Positions 38,501 through 50,896 of a DNA stretch of 56,180 bases are shown piece by piece. Origin of the DNA: Basidiobolus meristosporus CBS 931.73 (lineage: Eukaryota > Fungi > Basidiobolomycota); assembly GCA_002104905.1 (NCBI GenBank), contig MCFE01000582.1:1-56180 (forward strand), given 5' to 3'. Position 1 is the stretch's first letter. Each line of letters opens with the position of its first letter. The notes beneath the pieces were generated by a model that made no database searches, had not been told where the DNA came from, and worked only from the letters and a program-made list of their open reading frames with translations. The translations under genes were made by a program, and so were the position numbers.

Positions 38501-40027
38501 TTGATATATATCTAAGGACATTGTAGAAGTACCAAAAACCTCCTTCAAGTAAGTCTATTTTTTTTGCCATGCTTTGCTTCTCAGATGTTTCCTCCCGCAG
38601 GTAACGCTCTATGTTATCAATAATAATCTAAACTATTTTAGACCATGCATTTCGTCATAGGGCCTATGCCAACCTACTTGATAGGATTTCAAGTTCACCC
38701 TCATCGTCTCAATCCTAATGAGTGTCTCAGTAAACTTGTCAAATACTAGACAATAAAACTTTACAGCTTACCGAATGTAATTACGATCACACCTCATACG
38801 CTGTAACCCAACTAATGTGGCAAATTGGGATAATTTTTTTTCCAATGTATTGATAATACTTCCATGAACCGTTGCAATCCGATCCCCATCAACAAGTTCA
38901 CTTCTCTAAGTTCGTTTGGTTAGAGTTTGGCATAAATGTATCCTTCAATTGAGATGTACGGACTAGTTTTTCGATGGTTTCGATGTGTTCGGATTCCTGA
39001 GCTTTGCATTTATGGAACGTCTCAAAGAGAGTTCCCCATATGTTCTGGTCTTGATTCTTGGCTTGTGGCTTATCCAAACTACTGAAAAATTCATGTTAGA
39101 TATCGTATCACAATATATCAAAAAATGTTGAGAGTTACGAATAGTCAGACGCCACTGAGCTTTTCACTGGTGACATATGATATTGGAATATTGGCTCCTT
39201 CAGAGCAAAATGCTTTCGGTGGTCATGGACTTTATCGAGCTCCATCTCGTTCACAGGGGATATTGGCACCTCATCCTTAGAGAACTCGAGGTGCTTCTCT
39301 TGAGGTAAATTTGGTCCTTGATTTTTAAACTTTTCCTTATCTAGGCAATATCATCCTATTAGATCCGGCAAAATAAGATCAGATATTATGAATTACTTTG
39401 CATTATCCCAAGTCTAAGTTGTTTTTGAAGAGAGTGGCTGGCTGTTACATTTTCGGATGGATGGCTCACGGTTTTGGTAGTGTCTTTATCAATACTCTCA
39501 CTTCCATAATTCTCCTGGTGGGGTTCATCACGAATCTTTGTTCGGAAAAGTGGTTTAGTAAATGGCTGGTATGAACGAGAGGCCAATGCCTCCTTGACGG
39601 ATGCATCTTCATTAGTGTCACTCTCACTGACGCTATTTTTCACGGATAGATTCGGTGCTGCTTTTTGGCCTTCAGTGAATGCTGGGTCAGTTTTTGGAGT
39701 ATTCCTAATAGACGATTTGACGTGTCTTTGTGAGGAAAAAGGAGAAGCCACCCGCACATCCTTGGTGGAGGTTTCTCTAATTGCATGCGAAAAATTTGCA
39801 AGATGTGCTGCCGACAAATTTTCGCTCCTGCCATAAAAGCCTTTGCTTTGATGACTTGGATTGTGTTCATCTTTGGCAGTTATTTTGAATCCCAAGTCCT
39901 TAGATGTAGATGCACTAAACACCCCCTTAGGCAGATTGACAAATGATTTGGGAAAATTGTCTGAGCTCTTGTTCCCTTTCAATTCAAACAGCTTCTCTTT
40001 TCCTTGTGGTACAATATTATTTGGCAT
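35589..40027 (-). CDS. Large multi-exon coiled-coil protein; 5' end may extend upstream
   Basis: Disordered S/K-rich N-exon (39386-40027), many short E/K/L/Q-rich exons (e.g. KSHNILENMLESLRKEITLKSDECQKQRLEFEKYK), and a basic tail ending ...KSRIPTRRSSRARTIKQ...MTLFE*. An AG acceptor-like sequence directly precedes ATG 40027. Confidence 0.7.
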
Positions 40028-41510
40028 CTTTGTCAGGTTAGGAGGCGAAAATAGGTTAAATGGATAATATGCAGAAATTTTGTTAAATCGCCATTTACTA
40101 TGTTAATGCAGGCAACAACTGCGTTGGTATAAATAGAGTGGTTTGTCGCTTAGGCTTATCTGTAAATGCTAGCAAGAGCATTCAATCAGGTGTCTATATT
40201 CGGAAATGAGTAAACAGGTTTTGAAATCTTTAACAAAACTTGGAACTAGTCATCCAAGATTAGTGAAATATATTAAATCACTCGAGTAAATTGATATAAT
40301 TGATGAAACCTCACATCTATATATGATTTACAGCTGATGTAGTTTCAAGTATTCCATCTACCACCGTTTTAATAATATTTTATTACTATAGTTTAGACAT
40401 GTCCTTGGCGAAATTTCCGATTAGATTATGCGAGTCACCGTCATCCCGTTCGCTAGATATGATAGACGATGTCTGCCCAAGATGTATTGTGTGCGTGTGT
40501 GTATGCCAAAATATGGTGTAACCGTACGATTTATCACCAGTCAATGCCGTGAAAGATCTATAATGTATCACCAGATGATGGAACTCCATCCATCACTTCA
40601 TATACAATTCTCAAATTCGACTATTTTTGGATCGAGAAATATCAGCAAACCTTGTGATTACTTTCGTAAAGTATTAAATCCACATCTAGATTTGCACGAC
40701 TAGCAATTCCATAATAATGACGCCTAACCCTCCACTAACTCTGCCAAGGGTCTCCTAATATACTTATCCGAACATCAAGACAGCGCATATAAAGGCTAAG
40801 GCATATTAAAAGCCACCCAAATATCACATTCAACCTCTAGATTGGTGTACAATATATTGGTACCTGATTAATCAGACTGGAATATTCGTTCACTCCATGT
40901 GAAGCCGCATAGACTTGAAACAACCACAGAACAAGCCCTCCAAGCTGACCTAGAATAAGTACTCTCACTTTTCTGCGATCGATTCTAAAAGGATTCTGTG
41001 TAACTTTAACTATCTGAATCTGAAGGATGGTATAAAGACGCTGGAACAAGATATTTAATTTTCAGGATATGCAGGTAGATACCGCTAGAGTCGTACTGCA
41101 TGAGCATTCAGAGCAATTTTACTTGCCCTTATCGTGCGAACATTTTGTTAAATTATCATTGGAAGCAACATACGTACTAATACCTGCTGACAATACATCC
41201 ACAGTCCGTGAGAAACTCGGCCTGAAGGGCGTATTTCCGAACAATCGTGGCTACAAATCAAATAAACTTTTTAGTAACCTGTAAAACCCCGCCTCTAAAT
41301 TACCATATTAAATTCTTTTTTTGTATCGATAATTGATGAATGAACCAGAACTCGATCTTTATTGAAATTGTCTGTCACTTTCATTACCAATTCGAGTAAA
41401 TAGTGAGACTCATTAGAAGATAGGAGTAATATAAACCAGACATTGTTCACTGCTCTACAATCGTGTCGTTAACCCCTCCCCCCAAGAATTATAGTTTCGT
41501 CCCGTCAACA

Positions 41511-42720
41511 ATGTTGAAGTCATGCTTGGCCTTCAGGTAATGGAGTTGAATGTAGTCTTGTTGCCTTAAAGTTTGCTCATGCCTTTTTGTACCCAGTCGG
41601 ATGCCGCAAAAACTCTACCCAAGTTTAACTGTAGTGTCCAAATCCCCCATACGGGCCTTTTCTATTGCACCTGCTTTGAGAAAACACGCTACCCCTGTTT
41701 TGTATAACCCGCTATCCAAAATTAAAGGAGGTTAGGGTCGAAGTCAAAAACAGTCATCATTACTTGTTAGAAACTAAAGAGTCAAGCAGTAAGGAAAGAC
41801 CCTACAAAGAAGAGTCCGCTGAGCAGTTTGCTGAACAATAACGCTGAATGGTCCAAGAATATTCATCAAACGGACCCTACATTCTTTGCTCGTTCAGCTG
41901 AAAAACAGTCACCAAAAATCTTGTGGCTAGGTAATTCCCATGGTAATATCCTCGTACGCGATGTCATTTAACGAATTGTTACAAAAGGCTGCTCAGATTC
42001 GCGAGTTTCTGCTGAACAGATTGTTGGCGCTGGTATGACTATTTAACGTGGTGCTTGGTTTAATGACACTCATGTCTGCATTGCTAGGTCCTGGGGAGCT
42101 TTTTGTGCACCGCAACGTTGCAAATTTATGCATCCACACTGATCTTAACTGCCTTTCTGTGATTCAATATGCCGTAGACGTTCTTAAAATTGAACACATT
42201 ATTGTGTGTGGTAGGATATAAATTTCGCATCGAACTCTATTGCACATCCCACTTAGCTTTGAAATAGGTCATTACGGTTGCGGAGGAGTTGCAGCTGCCA
42301 TGCGCCCCGATCTTAATGGACTTATTGACAATTGGCTAGTCAACATTAAGGATGTATATGCAGCCAACAAAGAGAGGTTTGAAGGTATGCGCTTTCTACA
42401 CAATTTGGTAGGTGAATACCGGCATAACAATAGCTCTAGGGGTGGAGGATCAAAAGTCAAGGGAAGACCTGCTCTCTGAGCTCAACGTAGGGAACACTGT
42501 GCAATCTATATGCCACACAGCAATTGTACAGCAAGCCTGGAAACGTGGACAGAATTTGAGTGTGCATGGGTGGATATATGGATTGGAGGATGGCTTGATA
42601 AATGAGTTGGGTTGGTGTGTAAGTAGCCCTGATCAATTGGAGTCGGTATATGTATACCAAAACCCAATGCCCACCAAGCGCCGTCGAGCCCTTCCAAGGC
42701 CTAAGCCCGAGAGTGTTTAG
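41511..42720 (+). CDS. NCE103: Beta-carbonic anhydrase 1, with predicted mitochondrial presequence
   Basis: Spliced MLKSCLAFS|[10 protein letters not shown]...[13 protein letters not shown]...; QSPKILWLG|CSDSRV; FVHRNVAN; CG|HYGCGG; [11 protein letters not shown]. Confidence 0.93.
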
Positions 42721-43336
42721 CGAATGAATAATAAATGTAAATTCACATGACGAACAAGCACTTTTTGATTGTTGCCTTAACAAGCACACTTCGTGCTGTA
42801 CCTTGGACTGCCCTTTCATGCAATCTCAGCATTCGTCATTTGTTAGGATTCGAATTTATGTCGCAATCGAGTTTGCTCTGTTTCTTGATCGTTATTCTTG
42901 CAAATGCCCCATCGAGATACCTGGCTTAATCTCCATGGAGAATACATCACGAGCCGCTTGTCAGATCCTTGCCCAATGAGTGCTAATGTTGGGGTAAGGT
43001 GAGCTAGATCCGTAAATTGGCAACCAATCCCCTGGACAGTTGCCGTTGAAGAAAGCAAGACCGCATTGAGACTAACTGAAGTTGGAAATTCACGAAAAAT
43101 GACCTAATTACCACCCATTCTTATTGGCTTGGGAGAAACACCATCTAAGCGGTGACCAATACAGTCCTAAAATATGGTGATGCAAAGTGGATTGTTGGCA
43201 GAGCAGTTGGGAGGGCTACAAGATCATCTTGCTATGAATTACGCAGGAGTTTTCGCTGATTTCTGATTGGATACTTCGGAAGCAGTTTGTTCCCTCAAAA
43301 GTGGGCAAACCGACCTATCTTTAGCTAACTTTCAAG

Positions 43337-44282
43337 ATGCTTACCAATCTTCCTATTTCCCAAGGTAAGTAGATACTTACAGCCTCCGATTTGATCGCGC
43401 GTTAATCGTCTTTAAACTCCAGATGATGCCTTAGCTGATATGCTCAGCAGAAACAAGGAATGGGCCAAGAAAGTTCAATCTCAACACCCCAAGTTCTTTG
43501 CTACCTCTGCTAAAGGACAAAGTCCAAAGATTTTATGGTTGGGATGCTCAGATTCTCGAGTTCCTGCTGAACAGATAGTACAATGCGGTATGCTTGCTCG
43601 ATGAATATGTTGGTTTCTTCCGAAATAATGAACCATCGTTATTTGCAATGCAGCACCAGGAGAACTATTTGTGCACCGTAATATTGCAAACTTATGCCTT
43701 CATACGGACATGAACTGCTTATCAGTATTACAATATGCCGTGGATGTTCTCAAAGTAGAGCATATCATTGTTTGTGGTATGTAAAGAAATTGGTGTAATG
43801 CCCCTCTTATTCTGTGGTACTAAAGAATTTTCCAACAGGGCATTATGGTTGTGGTGGTGTTAAAGCAGCCACTGCAAACCAATTTCACGGGCTTATAGAT
43901 TCTTGGCTGTGTAATATTAAGGATGTATATAGAGGTAAATGAGGGATGTATTCATTATTTATTGGTTCTATACATATTTACAAGTATCTCTCAAGCCAAC
44001 AGAGCCCATCTTGAAGCTCTTGAGGATCCGATTGCTCGACAGGATCTCTTGGTCGAGTTGAACGTAAGCAATACTGTACACAATATCTGTCATAGCCCTG
44101 TTGTCCAGGCGGCGTGGGAACGTAATCAAGCCTTATCCGTGCATGCTTGGTGTTATGGATTAGAGGATGGGTTGATTCGCGAATTAGGCTTGGTTATCTC
44201 AAAGCAAGAACAAGTCGAGCCAGTTTATAACATGGCTGTTGTGCAAAAGACAATCAGTACCAAAGCTAACGAATCACAGTAA
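43337..44282 (+). CDS. NCE103: Beta-carbonic anhydrase 2, short N-terminus (probably cytosolic)
   Basis: MLTNLPISQ|[14 protein letters not shown]...[19 protein letters not shown]; FVHRNIAN; CG|HYGCGG; [11 protein letters not shown]. Confidence 0.93.
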
Positions 44283-45773
44283 CACTAGTAATAGCTCCAT
44301 TCGATACATAGCCTATACAATGTTTATAATTTTAAACTGATTTCTAAATCGATATTTGGTGGCATCTAGCTATTACATATTGATATAAACGAATTCAATA
44401 CTACATAAATTTGCGCCGGATAACGTTTTATGATGGCGTGTCTGCAATGCTGAAACATGTGTAGATAATAACAATATATTAAGCACATGGGATCCGATGG
44501 CATTAGTTGTACTGCTGCTCCCTTATGGTCATTGTAGTTGTTCTTCAATTCAGATTACTCGTTAAAATGTAGAAATAACATTCAGTGCAATCACTGGATA
44601 CTTTGCCAGCTCTTTACGTAGAGAACCACTGCGAAAATAGTAAACGAGGAGCGTTATGACACGATCTGGTTCACTCAGCATGATTATCTCCTATATATGG
44701 ATTCTAGTAGTTTTGATTTTTGATGTCTTGGCAAACAATTCCTCCAACAAGCATTAGCACAGTTTGGGGCCTTACAATGGTTAACAATATAGGTGGGTTT
44801 GGCAGAGTTAATCATGAAGCTCATACGACGTGCCGTCATTGTGGATGATATCATATTTCCCTGCCCAACTATAACACCATACTGACGAATGATAACCACA
44901 ACAAACGTCTCGAATAGTTCTTGGAGCCAACGAACCCTCATTGGGATTTGCACTTTCAAAGATTGCACACCTTCATATACCATTCAACTCTATAATCTTC
45001 CATATCTAGAACTGCGCTTGAATAACACTGATATTTTTATATAAGCCCAGTTATTTACTTTTTAGCGAGATGCTGGTGGCTAACCGAGAATTCAGTAGAA
45101 CTAACTATGGATGATCCTATTAGCTAGTGCTGGTCGGAAACTCGGCATCAGGCTGTCTGTGGGGAAGGAGATAGATATGGCTATCCATTCTGACAATCGG
45201 TTAAATGTAATATAGACATTTCCTTAGATAATCAATGGATACTTATAGCGTTTTCCAAGATACGTATTAGTTGTAGATCTGGGGCAGAGGAATTATGGGT
45301 CTTCTAACCCAGCGATATATGAGCCATATACGGAATATCAGGAGAGGCCTAGTATCTTCTACGGTTGGCCACCTCAGGTTTTCATATGAAAGTCGATCGC
45401 TGCCTCCAGAATTAGAAATATGTAGACTGCCATGTCTGCGCCAAAACATTCTCTCATTAAGCTAAGCCAACTACATGTATCTGTGAGTCGAATCGTGCCA
45501 CAAGACAAACATAGCTAAACAAGTCATAATTAATTCTTGATCCCTATCGCGATCTTAATGGAATGTCACTTAGTCACGCAAAACTCATGGTAGATATGCT
45601 AGATAGTAGAATAACCATTCCAACGGTTGGCTCAATGACTATGCTCATCCCTTGATATTTAGTTGATCATCAATTGAATACATCTTAATATAACATCTTT
45701 GAATCCTCATCCTTTAAACGTTGACCGAGCTTGCTTTCTTTCTCTAGTATTATCTTATTGTAAGCCGTTCAAC

Positions 45774-47496
45774 ATGAATTCTATCCCAGTACTCGGCCGC
45801 TTGAGCTTCTCAGATTATCTGCGCATCTTCTTAACGTTCCTTTTTTTCATTTCGGAGTCAATTCTGCGACTTTTCTTTCACATGTATTCTTTGATCTTTG
45901 GGTCTAAACACAGGTCAGTATCCCATTCAGGCTAACTGTAAACTGAAGTGTTAATTGTTTTTGCCTAAATTCTCGGCACGAAGAAATCATTATGATGCAA
46001 ACTCGAAAAAGAAGCCAAATTTACAAGAACTTGAAAGTTTCAGCTCCATAGTCACCCATTGGTAAGCAGCCCGCTAAGTTCAACGGAGATAATTTACTCA
46101 TTTCATCACTCAGGGGCTATCCATTTGAAGAACATGTTGTTAAAACTCAAGATGGTTACCTCTTAGGGACTCATAGAATTAAGGTTCCTAAGGGGCATCC
46201 TGCAAGTACTACGAAGTCCAAGCCTGTCGTTCTTTTGTGGCATGGCTTCATGATGAACTCTGAAGTTTGGATTTGTAACCCAACTAAGGAAAGAAATCTC
46301 TGCTTTTTACTCGCTGAGGCTGGGTATGCCAACTTTCTTATGTTTTAATAGTCATGGTTCGACAACTTACATATATGTCTTACATTCAGTTATGACGTTT
46401 GGCTTGGCAATACTCGTGGTAACAAGTATTCCTACAAGCATTTATATTTGAAGCCTAACCAGAATAAGTTCTGGGACTTTTCGATGGATGAGTATTCACT
46501 TTATGACTTGCCGGATACAGTGAACGTAGGCATACATCCTTCTAATTATGTTATACACTGGCTTATTTGTAATGCGGTCATCCCTCATTTAGTTTATCCT
46601 GGATACTACTGGAGCCACATCTTTAGTGTATATTGGATTCTCGCAAGGGACTGCTCAAGCCTTCGCCTCGTTAGCGATTCATCAAGACTTGAACAAGAAA
46701 ATATCCTTGTTCATAGCTTTAGCCCCCGCCATCACTCCAGGAGGTAGAGTCTAATTATTGTATCCACAATCTGATTAGCGGCGTTCTCAATCTACATTCC
46801 AGGATTATACAGCTCTGTAGTGGACACCTTTTTAAAAGCAACCCCGAACATCGCTTATCTACTTCTCGGGAGGAAGTGTGCCATGTCCTCTGCGGTATTT
46901 TGGAAAGATGTCCTTCCACGGCCTTTCTTTGTGAAGGCAATTGATCAAGCTGTTGCATTTTTGTTTGGTTGGAAGAGCCTAAACATAGATCCGGACGTGA
47001 AAGCAGTTGTTTACGGACACTTATACTCTTATGCTAGTGTAAAGGGGATTGTTGTAAGTACTCAGCATTGTTGTCTAATATATATACGATTCTAACGAAG
47101 CTATATGAATATAGCATTGGTTTCAAATCATCAATTCAGGATCTTTTAGGTTTTTTGATGAGTCTCCTACGATATTCCCATCAACAAAGCCTACGAATGG
47201 GCACATATGCCACCGATTTACGACAAACCAGATCACTACCCCGATTGCTATGTTTTATGGAGGGAGCGATTCGTTATGCGATATAGAAAACCTCAAGGCA
47301 CAACTGCCCGATCTTCATCATTGCTACGAAGTCAAGCACTTTGAACATCTAGGTAGGCCATATGCTCTTGCTCATACAAACAGATTAGCTAAACTGCACC
47401 TTGCTAGATTTCCTATGGGCGAAGGATGTCAAAGAGCTTGTTTACTCCGAGGTGTTTAAAATCCTCGATGAATTCCCACAATGTACGACGGCCTAA
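45774..47496 (+). CDS. TGL1: AB-hydrolase lipase / sterol esterase, multi-exon
   Basis: N-terminal LGRLSFSDY plus TM segment (like yeast Tgl1), GYPFEEHVVKTQDGYLL, HGFMMNSEVW, YDVWLGNTRGNKYS, GFSQG nucleophile, GGSDSL, FEHLDF. Confidence 0.92.
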
Positions 47497-49944
47497 GGAA
47501 TTCATAACCCTTGCTATTCAACATTTCGATTGTTAAAGCGTGCACTTTGCCCTGAATACTTTGGGCTCTGGCATACAAAGCTGATTTCTATTAGCTTCCT
47601 AGGCGATTTAATTTATTCTTATGATACTATGCGAAGTATCCTTGGCTCATCTTCTATTAGCATATACGAATGTTGCATTATTACCACTTGCACTGTATCC
47701 CTTCATTTCACCCAGGCTGTCCAAGCCCAAGTTCAGTCATCAGCCAACTAGATAGGGTGAGATTGAGATGATCCATGGATTAGCAATAAAGTTCGCCTCA
47801 TTCGGAGACATCGGCTATTACATCCGCCCCTACCTTTAGTACTATATACAATTCATGCCCAATAAGTGTGTAGCCACGCAACTACAGGTATGTATGAAGA
47901 AGATACACCACCATTTTGTGATAACTGAATCGCAGTTGCTTGATCAAGTAATGGGTGATTCATCTGTTGCCAGTTTGCTGGGGAATGATTCAGCAATGTC
48001 CTGGGATAAGCGCAAGGGTTGAATGCTCAGACATGTGGCGCGTGAAAGAACCACACGCTCGAAAGAAGGATTGGGTCAGATGATTTGATGTACCATGATG
48101 AATAGTGGAGCTTGGGCTAGGGCAAATCTATACATTCGAGTTGATGAGCACGGATGTTTCTTAATGGTATCCCATTGTAATTCCTGACCATTGTGACCAG
48201 CTTACTAACAATGCCATTCTAGAGTGGGGTCTTGGGTGGGGGACCCATATACTCTGGCGGGGTGCGATAACAACGCTGGAGCAGCTTGAGCTGCATTCTT
48301 GTCTATTCGCAATGTATCGTTTTAGGTAAGCCTTGATAGAGTACCCATACTGCATTTTGGCCAAGCTATACACAGGCTTGTTGAATGGAGGGCTCAACGA
48401 TCGTTACACAGAAATACGCTGCCAATTGAACTAATGTGAGCGCTTCGAGTGTTTTAGTTGGCCAGAATTCTAAAGGGAGGGAGAAATATTCGTGCTCATT
48501 GATGCATACCATATCCCAAAGGGAGCACAGAATTCCCTTACTTCAAGCAGCAGATTCCCCTTCTTTAGCTGTGCATGTACTAAAGCTTTCATACCCACTA
48601 TAAGGAAGTTGGTGGATAAAAGCTGCTTGCTGTTCATCGGAAACGCAATTCGTATACAGTGAGTGCCGAACAGATTCAGGTACTAGCTTCATTACTATGA
48701 GTAGCGAGTTATTCACGAGCTGACTCAGTCATGGTATGGGTTTACTGAGGTACCCGCTATACAACACGTTTGCCCCCCCCCCGAGTTTGGAGCTCTCATC
48801 GACTTGGTCAATGGCGTAAATGCTGCCGAAAGTGGTCGATGTAGTCAAATTCCGAAAAATCATCCGAGCACAATGTTTTTCTGGGAATTATTTTGAGCAA
48901 ATAGAGAAGTTCTATTGGAAGCATCCAATTGCCTTGAGATCTCAACTAACCCTGTCCAATCGGCTTGAGGTGGTACATTGATCAGCCAGTTCTACTCCAG
49001 GTAATGGTAGAAATTAGAATCAAATATCTAGATTTGGCTTCATTGAGCTGCTGCTATTGGTGGAGCAGATCCAACGTCAGATTCATGGACCAGCAGCTTC
49101 CAACAAATATGGTCTGGTGTGTCATGGTAAATACCAAGGCTTGGTGGTTTTGACACCCTACCGTATGTGATGGAAATGAAAACACAGATATTTACTAGTA
49201 TTGTACGTACGTCCCAGTCTACTATTCATTAGTTGGAGAATGAGCGGGAATCTCAACAAGAACAACATGGGGTTGGACCTATGCAGTGCCCCTAGGGTCA
49301 TATTGTAAAATGCTTAGTAGTTAACCTCGTTCAATACTCCAAATGCGTTGATGAACATAGGTTTGCAATGCCGAGTTCCACTATATCAATGCCATGTAGC
49401 ACTATGCATCCACACCAAAGTAGCTGTGCGATTTTGATGTAGTCTCGCTCCTTCGAGAATAGTGGTACTGCTCTGAGTCATACTTGGTGGTAAAGGTTAC
49501 GCCATTTGACGTTTTACCATAAGGCTAGAAATACTGGATTTGACCCAACCACCACTTCTTGCTAGCCAATCGTTACTAAAGGCATAGGTGGCCAGTGGAG
49601 GGTACAGAACGAGGTTGCAAAGGCCAGTAATCCAGCGTGCTTTGGGGTAACAGCATCCATTAGTGTGACCATCATTGCTACCAAAAACCACTCCAATTCT
49701 GGCATTATGTTGGCTATCAGTGCAATTTAAGGCACTTTGAGATCTCAGGGAAACCATGTACAAGTAGTCGTTGTGTACATTCTATCAAATTAATAATATT
49801 GAATGTTTTGGGTGCACAGAGTTAATAAGCAACTAACAGTCCCCACCAGACCGGCTTCAGGCAGGATATATAAGCTCTCGCATGATGACCTCTCAATTAC
49901 AATCTACGTGATAGTGGTATTCTCATCGTTTTTCATCTTGAATC

Positions 49945-50211
49945 ATGAAGTTTTCCGTTGGAGTCGCTGCTTTGTTCGCTGCTGTAGCTTCCGTTAATGC
50001 TGGCTATGTAGGCATGAAGTCTCAAAATGGTGCCAGCTACTTGTGGAATTGCCCTGGAAATCCTGTGCCCCAGCTCCAGTCCATCTGCGCTTCCTATCCC
50101 GCCAGCTGCACCTATAAGGCTCCCATTTCCTTCACTTGCACTGTTTTGTCTACTTGCAACTTGCTGAGCGGAGAGCTTATCTCTCAGAACTGCACACCCA
50201 CTAAGGTTTGA
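49945..50211 (+). CDS. Small secreted cysteine-rich protein (88 aa, 6 Cys)
   Basis: Signal peptide MKFSVGVAALFAAVASVNA, upstream TATATAAG near 49868, strong C-ending codon bias, AATAAA downstream. Confidence 0.88.
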   Translation: MKFSVGVAALFAAVASVNAGYVGMKSQNGASYLWNCPGNPVPQLQSICASYPASCTYKAPISFTCTVLSTCNLLSGELISQNCTPTKV

Positions 50212-50277
50212 GTTGATAATACATCATTTGACATTGAAGACCAAAGAAACAACAATCAATAATAAAGATTCGATTCT

Positions 50278-50375
50278 TAGCCTTAGCCTTAGGGGGAGGA
50301 AAGTCACCAAGTGGTGAAATCTTTATTTATTTACTTATGACAAGTATCTAAAGAAGCCAAGCTAATCTGTAGTTG
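50278..50375 (-). mobile_element. Unit A: isolated 3' end of a non-LTR element
   Basis: Sense strand reads AATAAAGATTTCACC-ACTT-GGTGACTTTCCTCCCCCTAAGGCTAAGGCTAAG, the same terminus as units B, C and D. Confidence 0.75.
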
Positions 50376-50706
50376 TGTTGTAAAAATTTGGAATTCCACC
50401 TAAATATTCACCTATCTTAGTTACTTAGATCATTACCTTCAAATCCTAGAGAATACTGACTAAATTCCTTGTCGGGATTTACTTGGAATATTTACCCAGA
50501 ACATTAAAACTCTCAAAGTTGTCCAAACAGCCCCAAACTTTGCACACATGTTCTTGGGACCTTCCTTAACCTATTCTACATGTTTGTTATGCCAAGACCA
50601 TGTAAAAGTATAAATACAACTTTACATTCAATAAATCATTAAGTGAAAACCACATAATCTACTTGTCCTCCTAATCACTTCCAATATCTCCAAGACTCTT
50701 ACAACA
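50376..50706 (+). mobile_element. 5' LTR of a Ty1/copia element (family A)
   Basis: TGTTGTAA...TTACAACA, followed directly by a PBS and gag. Confidence 0.92.
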
Positions 50707-50718
50707 GGTTATGAGCCC
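50707..50718 (+). other. Primer-binding site of Ty5/copia (half-tRNAiMet) type
   Basis: GGTTATGAGCCC abuts the LTR end; the gag ATG lies inside it. Confidence 0.85.
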
Positions 50719-50896
50719 CAAGCTGTCACTCTCTGCAATGTCTACTACTGCTATCACTGGAATGTTTCCCTCTGCTGAAAAGTTGGATGGACCTAACTAC
50801 CTAGTGTGGAAGGTGCAGATGAAGATGCTGCTACAAGAAAGAGGCCTTTGGGACATTGTCATGGGAGAACAATGCCCTCTCAAAAATGTGGGCTAG
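50711..50896 (+). pseudogene. gag: Truncated copia gag N-terminus
   Basis: KLDGPNYLVWKVQMKMLLQERGLWDIVMG is the copia gag N-terminal motif. It is cut at the junction with unit B. Confidence 0.88.
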
